From: Heterodontus francisci
Lineage: Eukaryota
Assembly (NCBI RefSeq): GCF_036365525.1
Contig: NC_090385.1
Location: 23,430,459 to 23,494,458 of the forward strand
Reading direction: 5' to 3'
Length of the DNA stretch: 64,000 nt
Below the pieces are notes generated by a model. The model had not been told where the DNA came from. It did not search any database and saw only the letters and a list, made by a program, of their open reading frames with translations. The translations under genes were made by a program, and so were the position numbers. This document shows positions 26,401 to 38,949 of the stretch, in pieces (the first letter of the stretch is position 1; each line of letters begins with the position of its first letter).

Positions 26401-29257
26401 ATATAATAGAAACTAGTTACTTAATCCTTTGCTAATCATCCAAATGGTTCTCCTAATTTAAAAAATATTGCCTCCCCAACCTACATACTATCCTCAGATC
26501 AAGAGGGCAAGCAAACAGGTAATGAGCACACAATTCCAAAATTCCCTTTCCCTACATCTAGAAGGGCTTCAGATTTCCAGACATCCAATGGCAACATCAT
26601 AAACCTCTAGCGCTGCTGGGTGGGGAAGGAGGGGACCAAAGAGTATTATGAAGAACATGAGAAGCCATCTTGGCTCCTATAACTTTATGGCATAGTAAAC
26701 TGACTCATCTTATGCCATGAGACAACCAACCTCTAACCATCCACCACTGCTGCCCACGCCCCCACTCCACTTTCTCTATTTGCCCTCCCCTTCCAAGTAG
26801 AACCAGCTTTCTTTATAGTTGAACAGTAAATTAAAACGAAAATAGCCAACTGATGGCAAGGATTTTGATGTAAACACCTTCAAGTGGTCAAACACATTGC
26901 TTTTCTGTGTATCAGACTAATCCCTCACTGAAACTGTAAACTTTTGATAACCTGGATTAATTGGATTTAATAAACACTTACATAATTTTGCTGAAACCAC
27001 ACTTAATTAAAAAACTGGATGAGTTAGTGTACAGACAAACAATGAATTTACAAACAGTGTGAAATGAATACTACACCCAACAGCTTGGATTAGTTTGTAC
27101 TTGGTGGGGGAAAACCAATGTTTGCATATACATTAGTGTTGATGCATATTTTAAAAGCAGCCAGGGGATTTCATAACTTCCTATAGTTCAACACACTGCT
27201 GAAAGGTAGCACCATGGTCCATGATCTCTTAGTACCATTAAAATAAAACCACGTCTCAACAATTCAGGAATATGTATAAGAAAATAACAAGTTTTAGTCA
27301 GCAACCCAAAATAGATCTAACAAACGAGATTTAAAATATTTTGAATGTTATGACCAGCTAAGTAACATCTAGTACCTTTTGAATAACTGATGACTTTAAA
27401 AAGTGGCATTTTCTATATTGGGCACTACATATCTTTTGTGACTGGTACTTCAGAGCAATCCACTGAACTTCTGTTTCAATTATACTCTTTATTGCGGGCA
27501 CTGTTGATATCTTTTCTTAAGAAGTATTTGAGAGCTGCAATAAAATGTGGGCACAATTTTGTTTGGAACCAAAATTTATTTCTCTAACCTAGAATAAATA
27601 TAGTTCATTGTGCACCAGTAATTAAAGCTGCATTATTCCTTATTCAAAATACATATTTAATTGCTTAAGCCTTCTCACAGCTCTTAGTTTTATACATTTA
27701 GAAAAATCTTCTGTAGCTTAAGCTGTCCAAAATTGCACCCAACGTAAAGAAACACACCTTAAAATGACTAGCTACTGTTCTGACAAAAAAAAGCAAAAAT
27801 AAAAATCACACACACACACATACACAGGTCAAAAAGAATACACGAGAAGTGTACTGTGAGCAAACTGGACCAAGGGACACGGACAAGCAAAATTACTATT
27901 GATGAATATTTGGCATCATTCACTCTGCAGCTGTGCAGAAGAGGATGTGGAGATATATCAGTGATATTACAAAGGCAGTGTGTCACAACAATGTAATTAA
28001 CCCTACAGAGGACAGCTACAAGGAATACTGGAACTGTTAGTGATTACTTTTTAAAATCATACAATGACTTTTGGAAGAATAAAACCGGCATATTCATTAA
28101 AGGGTAAATTCCATCAGTTGGGGATCCTGAAAGTGGATTTTAATGTGCATTTACATAGTGCCTATGTAGATCAAGAGCCAATCCCACCATAGCTTTTAAA
28201 GTGAAATTAAGCAACTTTTAAAAACAGAAAAAAAATCCTGGTAAAATGAAATTCGCTGAGACATAACTGAGTGAACATATTAAATATCTGATAAAGGAAA
28301 CGCATGGGTTTACAAATATTTTTGTAGTTTGTGACCTCAAGGAGAAGCTAGCTTGCCCATACAAGTTTAAACTTTGGGTCAGCCTATGCTATATTCACAC
28401 TAGGTTTAACAATTTGGCCTACTTGGTGAGTGGCCACACAATAGTTGCAACATGACTGCTTTGAAACCTAGCACAAGTTAAAGCAGGGAACAGAAAGCAA
28501 TGAACTATGTACAGCTGGCCTGAGAAGCTGTTTAATACCTTGGGGATCTGTTCGACTATCCCAGCTTAGTTTTCCAAAGGTGTAATGCATGAACTTAAAC
28601 AATGGTCTAGTAAACCCACCAGTCCTTTGTCAGGATTCATTCCAAATCTTCAACCCCTCCAAAATAAACAAATCTGGATGCATAGCAAAACAGAATATAC
28701 TTAAGGATGCCATGGAACACAGAAGATGTTCCATGATGCTTTGTAAACAAATGTGAAATGCTTTTCATACTCCACTATGGATGGTAACAGTCACACCAGT
28801 TGCCTTCTAGCACTAGTCAGAAAAAGTCCATTAGTGTTTGAACTGGGGAACATTGCGAAGAAGATTTTTTTAGCAGGTATTTCTTGGTGAACAGCTGTAT
28901 TGAAAAAAAAATGAGCATTTAACTGTTACTTGTTAACATTCAAATGGATTTAAAACACTTCAGTAGACAGGTTCACATTAGCTATGGCTCTTTGTTTTTC
29001 TTTTTTGCTCAGCTGAGACTTGCAGGAAGAGTGCGTGTCTTTTTGTTGAAGGAAGTACCAAGCAATTTGCATTCCTGTTGAGATTCACATGTTGGCTTTT
29101 CCCACTCGAGCTCACGGGAAAATAGCAGGTCTGTCCATATTCTTGCAATAAGGTGACTGCTTCGGACAGTACCAATTCCATCTAGTGAGTTGTACAATTG
29201 CAATGATAGGTACCATGGGAAAAGGTACATTCAACCCTTTCCTCTGTAGGCGTGGAT
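23470..29257 (-). other. Putative long 3' UTR of an unidentified host gene
   Basis: About 5.8 kb AT-rich stretch with no recognisable TE, between a strong 3' splice site (29282-29310) and a poly(A) signal. Confidence 0.5.
23489..23494 (-). promoter_or_regulatory. Candidate polyadenylation signal AATAAA
   Basis: TTTATT on the plus strand; downstream on the minus strand is a GU/U-rich tract (TTGTGTAATTTACTATGTTTTCATTTTTG). Confidence 0.5.
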
Positions 29258-29281
29258 TTAAATCACGTCGATGTACTTAGT
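29258..29281 (-). CDS. Candidate coding part of the terminal exon (TKYIDVI* if phase 0)
   Basis: Strong acceptor TTTTAATTTTCTGTTTTCTGCAG with a TTTAAC branch-like site; local CpG retention; reading frame uncertain. Confidence 0.4.
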   Translation of the reverse strand, partial: TKYIDVI

Positions 29282-29595
29282 CTGCAGAAAACAGAAAATT
29301 AAAATGGTTAAAAACAGAATACTAAAAAGTGCATATGGCAGCAAACTCTTGCCTTGAACAGTTCAAGATTCCAGTCTAGTTTTGAGTATCAAACTCATTC
29401 CGGGTATGACACACTAGCCGAATACATGAAAATCTAAGCATATGACTAACATGCTGCAACTCAAAACTGGCCGAGTGACTTGTTGCGAAGTGCTGCGCTG
29501 TAAGTGAAGGATAACCGTACAGTCTGTTCACTATTTGTACTCAGAAATAAGCTTTTGCAAAACATCACTTTTATATTAAAATATACAGAAAATAC

Positions 29596-29698
29596 TTGCT
29601 TTTTTGGGAACAAAAGCCTTTCAACCATTTCCCATGCTACAAAACTGTCATGCAGGTGGCGCACAATAGTGGCCTCGGATAACTCTTTCCATGTCTGT
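29596..29698 (-). CDS. Candidate penultimate exon (103 nt)
   Basis: TTGTAG acceptor and GTATTT donor; open frame QTWKELSEATIVRHLHDSFVAWEMVERLLFPKKQ ends in phase 0, matching the next exon; an alternative frame ends CATCMTVL*. Confidence 0.4.
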
Positions 29699-29869
29699 CT
29701 ACAACTGTATGACTTATTAAGAAGCCACAACCTACTGTCCCCTGGCACAGCATAATTGTACTTCTTCCCTAGTGAGATTCTTTCCTAATGGTATTGACTC
29801 ATGCTTTAATTTTATGGGCATCAGAAACATTTTGCTATCTTATCAGAGCATTCAAGCAGAAGCCTGGAC

Positions 29870-30125
29870 AGTATCAGCAGACTGCTTGAGCATGGAGGGC
29901 ATCAAGGCGAAGTGTGAGCTGACCTCATTTCAACATCCATATGAATAGACTTGCAGCAGGGATCAAGATACTGATCAAGAATGGGAAAGACATGTTTGAT
30001 TTTCCACCTACGGACTACCAGAATATTAAAGCCAATTACAATGCTGCATGCAGTATGAATAGTGCATAGACCCAGAATTGCACCCTGGACCTTTGTAGGT
30101 CTGTTTGGCTCAGTGCTACATAGGA
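29870..30125 (-). mobile_element. Highly diverged tRNA-derived SINE relic
   Basis: Minus strand shows CTGAGCCAAACAGACC..AAGGTCCAGGGTGCAATTCTGGGTCT (B-box-like); a similar relic lies on the plus strand near 5700-5780. Confidence 0.3.
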
Positions 30126-30289
30126 TGGGCTAGAAGTACTTTTTTTTTTTCCTTTTAAATTGCACTGCATGATATCTCAGATATGATCAATATGCACCAA
30201 GGAGTTGTGAACAATTTACTCAAAACATTAATCTTGCATATCTGATTGTAGCGAAAGCATCTCTGGCAGTAGTCTGATCTCCTGCCCCT

Positions 30290-31175
30290 GTATTACCAAC
30301 TCTGGATTCTCCCAAAGATCTATCCTTGGCCACTACTGTTCCTCATCTACACGCTGCCCTCCACCATGTCGTCCGAAGACGAGCTCAGATTCCACATGAA
30401 TGCTTATCTCTCCACCACTATTCTCGACCCCTCCATTGTCTATGTGTTGTCAGATTGCTTGTTGAGCATTCAGTTTTGGATGAGCCACAGTTTCCACCAA
30501 TTAAAGATTGGGAAAACCAAAGCAGTAGGCTTTGGCTCCTACTGCAAACTCTGTACCCTTCCTGCTGATTCCATTCCTCTCCCCACCTCCGTCTCAGGTT
30601 CAACCACTCTTCACAACATCAGCGCCATATTCAATCCTCAGCTGAGTTGCCAATCCACATCCTCTATCACAAATATCACCTATTTCCACATCCATAACAT
30701 TGCATGCCTATTTGGAATCCTCATCTATACCCTTGTTTCCCCACAGACTCAACTATTCCAATGCTCACCCAGCCAGCCTTGCATCCTCCAGTCTCAATAC
30801 ACTTTAGTTCATCCATGACAGAGCTTCCTGTATCCTATCCTGTACCAAATCCCACTCACCCATGACTCCTTCACTTGCTGACCTATACTGGCTCCTCATC
30901 CCCTAATGTCTCAAAACTAAAATTGTCATTCGTGTGAGAAAATCGCTTCAGTGCCTTGCCACCAAGCCCATTACTGTAACCTCCTCCAGTGCTACAGTTT
31001 CTCCCAGAAATCTGCATTTTTGACTGACATCTTGTGCAACCCCCATTTTGCCGCACGACTGGCTGCCTTGTCAGCAAGACTATGTTCTTGAATTCCCCCC
31101 AAAACCTCTTCATCTCCCTCTCCTCCATTAAGATCCAGCTTTAACTCTACTCTCTGACTAAGCTTTTGGTCATCG
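30290..31175 (+). mobile_element. L2-type LINE 3' region, degenerate
   Basis: ORF 30366-30818 retains L2-like DCLLSIQFWMSHSFHQLKIGKT and YFHIHNIA. Confidence 0.7.
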
Positions 31176-32904
31176 CTCATAACAGAAATAACAGCTCTGT
31201 TTAATGTGCATAAGCATCTTTGTCCATTACTAATGGCTTGGATAATTGGTCGATAACTACCAGGTTTATGCTTCACTTTCAACAAGTGTATACCTGCAGT
31301 TCATAACTCCCAATCAAACCTTGAAATTGCATTATTTTTAGAAGTTTAGAATTTAAAAGAAAGTTGCAAAATACTCGAGAATCCTGAAGTACACATTTTA
31401 CTTAGCCTTGCAACATTCCTCATCTGAGAAGGAAACAACCTGTTACTTTCAGGTCTCTGATTACAACTTCAGTAACCCACTAAGCTACCTGTTAGAATTT
31501 TTTTTATTTCCATGACAGATTTGAGTTAGTCCACTTCTAAATATGCCAATGTAGATCACAGTATACATAACATTTACCAATGTTAACAAAATGTACAACA
31601 AAATTTAAAAAGACTCCCTCCCGCACCACACCATCCCCAGATTTAAAGTTCTGCCAATTATATTTGTGTTTACATATGTTGAGTGTGAAAAGTTCTTCAC
31701 GTTTTGAAATAGTCTTTCAGCAGCCAAAAGTATTAAATCAGACTAAGTATAAAATGTGTTACATTCATGCCAAAATTGTCAACATTTAAAAATATCCTAT
31801 GGCTGTCTTTGTACTGAATATAGAAGCCAGACTGGAATCGTGTAGGGGGTTGTTTCTTAAATATTTCTCATGTCTCTGTCCCGTATTACCTAATGCGAGA
31901 GATGTTTTAATTGATGCACCCATTTCTTCAGATAGGAGCAAAAGGCTGTTATTTGCTATTTCTCCCTCATTTTTTGGTGAATGTTGCTACTTTGTCAAGA
32001 TGAGGGCATCAGTAATTTGGAATAAACATTTTCCAGTTTAGATACCTGGATTCAGAATTAAGTATCATCCAAACACAACCTCAAATCTCATCTCCTACTG
32101 CATCAATACATTTTCATTTCCAACACTAGCGATCTCCTTGTTGGCTCAATTTGTTTTTGGATTGGGCTACATGTGTCCCAACTGTCTATAGGGTGCTTCT
32201 TTCAGCCCCAGACTTCCATGTTTACATACATGGTAATGACAGTAACCAGATTTCAATACAAATATAACACAAAACAGAATTAAAGTGCAAGACTTCAACA
32301 TTTTATGTTGAGCAAACAAAACAGCTTATAATGTAGTAAATTCACATTCTGGCATGTTGATGCTGAACTGGCTAATCCACACATCATGTACAGTAAAACA
32401 GGATGTTTTTATGGAGCAGCTTACTGCAAGGCAGGGAAGATTGCCTAAATAATAGCGCATGATACTGCTCTTAAGCAGGAATTGTCCTACTCAGAAAACC
32501 CAGATAATAAATGTCACTGAAAAATTAGGGCTCTGCAAAATTGACAGTTCACTATGCAGAGATTAATTTTTACTGAACTACTTTCAGTGTTACTGCAGCA
32601 ACCAAGATCTGAAAAATGTTTGTTTATTGCCTCAAGAAAGCAGGTTTTGTAATATACATTAATTTCTATTATGTTCTGTATTATAGCCAAGGCTTTTAAT
32701 CTTGTCACCAAATTTTCAAGTGTTATTATAATAACCACAAACAGTGTTTACCAACACAGGTGAGAAGTGGCTGAAATTGTGCCCAGAGTAAAGATAAAGA
32801 ACTTACTGAACAGAAGCTATTCAAAAATCAACAGTACAGATAAACAATGCTCCCCAAACCATACCATGGCTGTAGGTTTGAGATTGAGAGAAAGGGGAGA
32901 AAAA

Positions 32905-33740
32905 GGAAAGAACTTAAATTAATATAGGGCCTTTCATGACATCTCAAAGTACTTTATAGCCAATGAAGTACTTTTGAGGCGTAGTAACTGTTGGAATGTA
33001 GGAAACACAGCAGCCAATTTACACACATCAAAGATACCACAAACAGCAATTAAATGACCAGATAAACTGTTTTCTTGTTAAAATATTAGCCAAGACACAG
33101 GGGAGAACTCTCCTGTTCTTCAAAATAATGCAATGGAAACATTTACAAAAATTTTTATTTATACAGCTCTCTAACATAGTAAAGCATTTCAAGGTGCTCC
33201 ATTGGAATATTATCAAACAAAATCTGAACCCAAGCCACATGAGACACATTAGGATAGGTGACCATAAACTTAGTAAAAAAAAAGGATCGGTTTTAAAAGG
33301 AGGGGAGAGTTTTGTGGAAGGAAATTCTAAAGTTTAGGGTCTCAGGAGCTGGAAGGCACAGTTGTGAACAATGGGCAATGGAAAATGTGGACACAAGAGG
33401 CCAGAATTGCCATAATGCAGAGATCTCGAAGGGTTGTAGTGCTGGAGGAGGTTACAGAGATTGGTTGGGTGGGTGGGTGCATTGCAGGGGGACAGGGGTA
33501 ACAAAGCTCTGGAGGCATCTAAACATTGGAATGAGATTAAATTCAAGGTTTTGCCATACCACGAGCCAATACAGGTTAGCGAGCACAGGGCTGATGGGTG
33601 GATGGGACTTGGCTCCACCCGAGGGAGTAGACGGGACCTTGGTTTAACATCTCATCTGAAAGAGGGCATCTATAATAGTGCAGCACTCCTTCCATACTGC
33701 ACTGAAGTGTCAGCCCAGATAATGCGCTCAAGTCACAGGA
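32905..33740 (-). mobile_element. Deu-domain SINE (SacSINE1/AmnSINE1-like), split by an L2 fragment
   Basis: Deu-like core GGTTTAACATCTCATCTGAAAGA..GTGCAGCACTCC..ACTGCACTG at about 33615-33740; tail part at 32905-33145. Confidence 0.6.
33150..33612 (-). mobile_element. L2-type 3' fragment
   Basis: Similar to 16990-17430 and to the reverse complement of 30850-31170. Confidence 0.55.
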
Positions 33741-34104
33741 GTATTAATTTACCGAGTCTTACATGAAAACCCAATGGAGATGGGAAAAAAAAGGGAGATT
33801 TCTAAACATGTTATCAATCAAATGCTTTTTTTTTTTTACGGTGCAGGCTAGAATTAAGCTGCATATTTATATATCACTGTTGTTGGTTGAATCACCAATA
33901 TTGTTATTTTGCAAATCAACTACCCACCAAATAAAATAGAATTCCAAATCTTTCAGCTGGAACAGTTTCCCCAGACATGTACAGAAAGCATGTGAAATAA
34001 ATAGAGGGATTTTTTTTCCCACTTTGGGGGAGGGCTCAACTCTGGGCTACTACATGTACATCTTACTCTATCACCCGATACTTGATTCTCTTACATTTTA
34101 CATC

Positions 34105-34365
34105 ATACAATCACAGAACGGTTACAACATGGGAGACGACCATTTGGCCCATCATGTCCATGCCTGCTCTCAGATAAGAACTCACCTAGTCTCACTCCCC
34201 AACCTTTGTCCTGCAAATCTTTTCTCTGCAGACAATTATCCAATTCCCTTTTGAAAGCAATGATTGAATCTGCCTCCACCACACTCAGGCAGTGCATTCC
34301 AGACCCTAACCACGCGCTGCGTAAAAATAAAAGTTTTTTTTCTCATATCATCTCTGGCTCTTTTG
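34105..34365 (-). mobile_element. CR1 3' fragment
   Basis: FTQRVVRVWNALPE motif on the minus strand plus a CR1 tail. Confidence 0.8.
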
Positions 34366-36043
34366 CCAATCATTTTAAAATCATCCTCCGCCATTTCCAC
34401 CACCTCCAGCGTGATGCCACCAAACACATCTTCCCCTCCCCTGTCAGCATTCCGAAGGGACCATTTACTTCGCGACACCCTGGTCCACTCCCCACACAAG
34501 GCAGGGAGGCAGTGGCATAGCGGTAATGTTACAAGACTAGTAACCCAGAGCCCCAGGCCAATGCTCTGAGCTGAAGGTGAAATTTGAATTCAATTAATAA
34601 ATCTGGAATTAAAATCTAGTCTAATGGTTACCATGAAACCATTGTTGATTGTTGTAAAAAACCATCTGGCTCACTAATGTCCTTTAGGGAAGGAAGTCTG
34701 GCCTACATGTGACTCCAGACCCACAGCAATGTGGTTGACTCTGAAATGGCCTAGCAAGCTACTCAGTTATATCAAAACACTACAAAAGGAAAAGGAATGA
34801 AACCGGACGCACCACCCGGCATTGACTGAGGCACTGGAAACGACAACGGCAAACCCAGCCCTGTCAACCCAGCAAAGTCCTCCTCACTAACATTTGAGGG
34901 CTTGTGCCAAAATTGGGAGAGCTGTCCCACTGAGTAGTCAAGCAACAGCCTGACCGTCATACTCACTGAATCATACCTTACAATGTCTTTGACACCGCTA
35001 TCACCATTCCCGGATATGTCCTCTCCCACCAGCAGGCCAGACCCACCAGATGTGGCGGCAAAATGGCATACAGTCAGCAAGGAATTGTCCAGAGATCCTC
35101 AACATTGACTGCAGACCCCACGAAGTCTCAGGGCATCAGGTCAAACATAGGCAAGGAGACCTCCTGCTGATTACCACCTACTGCCCCCACCCCAGCTGAT
35201 AAATCAGTGCTTCTCCATGTTGAATACCAATTGGAAGAAGCACTAAGGGTAGCAAGGGCACAAAATGTACTCTGGTCAGGGAACTTCCATGCCCATCACC
35301 AACAGTGGCACCACTACTGACTGAGCTGGCTGGGTGCTAAAGGATATAGCTGCTAGACTGGGTCTGCGGCAGGTGGTGAGGGAACCAAGATGGAAAAACC
35401 TACTTGACCTTGTCCTCACCAATCTATCGGTCGCAGATGCATCTGTGCATGACAGTGTTGGCAGGAGTGACCACTGCACAGTCCTTGTGGAGATAAAGTC
35501 CCGTCTTCACACTGAAGGTACCCACCATCGTGTTGTGTGGCACTACCACAGCGCTAAATGGGATAGATTTCGAACAGAGCTAGCAACTCAAAACTGGGCA
35601 TCCATGAGGCATTCTGGGCCATCAGCAGCAGCAGAATTCTATTCAAACACAATCTGCAACCTCATGGCCCGGCATATACCCCATTCTACCATGACCATCA
35701 AGCCAGAGGACCAACCCTGGTTCAATGAAGAAGGGTACGCCAGGAGCAGCACCAGGCATACCGAAAAGTGAGGCGTCAGCCTGGTGAAGCTATAATACAG
35801 GACTACTTGTATGCCAAACAGCAGAAGGAGCATGCAATAGACAGGGCTAAGTGATCTCACAACCAACGGATCAGATCCAAGCTCTGCAGTCCTGCCACAT
35901 CCAGTCATGAATGGAGGTGAACAATTAAACAACTAACAGGAGGAGGAGGCTCCACAAATATCCCCATCCTCAATGATGGAGGAGCCCAGCGCATCAGTGC
36001 AAAAGACAAGGCTGAAGCATTTGCATCCATCTTCAGCGAGAAG

Positions 36044-37016
36044 TAGCACAGAGTCATATAGTTTTACAGCACAGAAACAGGCCCTTCGGCCTAACACATC
36101 TGCACCGACAGCAAGCACCCATCTAATTTAATCCCATTTTCCCGCACTTGGCCCATAGCCTTGTATGCTATGGTGTTTCAAGTGCTCATCTAAATGCTTC
36201 TTAAATGTTGAGGATTCCTGCCTCTACCACCCCTTCAGGCAGTGTGTTCCAGATTCCAACCACCCTCTGGGTAAAAAAGTTTTTCCTCAACTCCCCTCTC
36301 CCTCCTGCCCCTTAACTTAAATCTATGCCCCCTGGTTATTGGCCCCTCCACGAAGGGAAACGGTTTCTTCCTATCTATGCCCCTCATAATTTTGTATACC
36401 TCAATCAAAAGGGCAGCATAGTGGCACAGTGGTTAGCACTGCAGCCTCACAGCTCCAGGGACCCGGGTTCGATTCTGGGTACTGCCTGTGCGGAGTTTGC
36501 AAGTTCTCCCTGTGACCGTGTGGGTTTTCGCCGGGTGCTCCGGTTTCCTCCCACAGCCAAAAGACTTGCAGGTGATAGGTAAATTGGCCATTATAAATTA
36601 TCCCTAGTGTAGGTAGGTGGTAGGAGAATATGGGATTACTGTAGGGTTAGTATAAATGGGTAGTTGTTGGTCGGCACAGACTCGGTGGGTCGAAGGGCCT
36701 GTTTCAGTGCTGTATCTCTAGATAAAAAATAAATCAGGTCCCCCCTCAGTCTTCTCCGCTCCAAGGAAAACAACTCCAGCTGATCAAGTCTCTCTTCATA
36801 ACTGAAATGCTCCAGCCCAGGCAACATCCTGGTGAATCTCCTCTGCACCTTCTCCAGTGCAATCACATCCTTCCTATAGTGTGGTGACCAGAACTGTACA
36901 CAGTACTCCAGCTGTGGCCTAACCAGCGTTTTATACAGCACTAACATAACCTCCCTGCTCTTATATTCTATGCCTCGGCTAATAAAGGCAAGTATCCCGT
37001 ATGCCTTCCTAACCAC
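36044..37016 (-). mobile_element. CR1 3' fragment nested in family B
   Basis: ORF 36636-37031 has RPQLEYCVQFWSPHY; tail at 36044-36070. Confidence 0.9.
36411..36725 (+). mobile_element. HE1-type V-SINE nested in CR1
   Basis: A-box TGGCACAGTGG, B-box GGTTCGATTC; near-identical to 682-993. Confidence 0.9.
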
Positions 37017-37930
37017 AAGTGGATGATCCATCTTGGCCTCCTCCTGAGGTCCCCAGCATCACAGATGCCAGCCTTCAGCCAATCTGATTCACTCTACGTG
37101 ATATTAAGAAACGGCTGAAGGCACTGGATACCGCAAATGCTATGGGCCCTGACAACATTCCAGCAATAGTACTGAAGACTTGTGCTCCAGAACTAGCTGT
37201 GCCCCTAGCCAAGCTGTTCCAGTACAGCTACAAGACTAGCATCTACCCAGCAATGTGGAAAATTGCCTGGGTATGTCCTGTCCACAAAAAGCAGGACAAA
37301 TCCAACCCGGCCAATTACCACCCTATCAGCAAAGTGATAGACGGGGTCATCGACAGTACCATCAAGTGGCACTTTCTCAGCAATAACCTGCTCACTGACG
37401 CTCAGATGGATTCTGCCAGTGCCACTCAGCTCCTGACCTCATTACAGCCTTGGTCCAAACATGGACAAAAGAGCTGAACTCTAGAGGTGATGTGAGAGTG
37501 ACTGCTCTTGACATCAAAGCAGCATTTGACAGAGTATGGCATCAAGGAGCACTAGCAAAACTGGAGTCAATGGGAATCAGGGAGAAAACTCTCTGCTGGT
37601 TGGACTCATACCTAGCACAAAGGAAGATGGTTGTGGTTGTTGGAGGTCAATCATCTCAGCTCCAGTTCATCACTACAGGAGTTCTTCAGGGTAGTGTCCG
37701 AGGCCCAACCATCTTCAGCTGCATCATCAATGACCTTCTCTCCATAAAGGTCAGAAGTGGGGATATTTGCTGATGATTTCACAAAGTTCAGCACTATTCA
37801 CGATGACTCGGAAACTGAAGCAGACAATGTCCATATGCAGCAAGACCTGGACAACATTCAGGGTTGGGCTGATAAGTGGCAAGTAACATTCGTGCCACAC
37901 AAGCGGCGGGCAATGACCATCTCAAACAAG

Positions 37931-38949
37931 TGTTATGACCAAGGTGGGACGAGCGCACTGTTTATTCTACTTCCACTTCTCCACGGATCACTACGTATAT
38001 TTAAATTTTTTCCCACTTACTGGCACGGTCAATCATAGACTGTACTTTTATCCCAGAATAAAAAACACCAACCAGGTTTCTTTAATAAACAACAAAATGA
38101 TGAGATTATAAAACAAGGCTTAACCAGTAATGAAATAAAGCGTAAACACACAAATATGAAAGTTCACTTTTTTACCTTCGCCCCTCACACACACAACAAA
38201 ACTATAGGGGATTTTTGTTTACAAGTGTTATAAAAAAAAAAGAAAGAGACAAATAAAACAGTTCGGCTGAATACTTGCTCATTCTTGAGGAAAGACGGAA
38301 AGATGTCTTTTGTTTTGGTTTGGCGTTCCAAATGCATCTCGACGGCTGTCACTGGGATCTCCCTAAAGCAGTTCTTGCCAGGCGATGACAATCAGTTTGG
38401 GTAGGCTTTGCAAGACATGCAGGAACATAAGTTACAGATAGGCCTTACAGGAGAAATGCAGCAACAGGGTTTTCAGTTCCCAAACACATGGGATATGCAG
38501 GGTTTCAAATACAGGAGGAAAGAGGAGACTAACACATTGGATATACAGGGTTTCTTTCCGAGAGAGAGAGAGAGAGAGATGAGCTGGGGTTTTTTTTTTT
38601 TAAAGCAGGCAAAAACCAACCGTCTTTTGTAACAATTCAAAAAGTGAAACCAAAAACATTCCAGAAGTCAAGCCTCCTGACCTCTACAAATCTTGACCTG
38701 TCACTTCTCTGTAAACATCTTCTCCAAGTCAAATCAAAACAACAAGCTCCCTACTGGTATTTGATCTGAAAACAGGTGCCTTCCAGCAAGGGCTTGCTAA
38801 CAAGCCAAGTCCAGGAACCTTCTGGTGACTTCTTTTTAAAAAAACACAAAGTTCAGCATCTCTTCAAGCTTCCAGATGAATCAATGTCCATAATTCAACT
38901 ATAAGTCCTTAAAACATATTTTACAAAAAACAGATTCACTCTCGTAACA
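37931..38949. mobile_element. Solo LTR (about 1 kb) nested in family B
   Basis: TGTTA...TAACA termini; the LINE frame resumes after it; TSD imperfect; related to 5975-10585. Confidence 0.7.
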
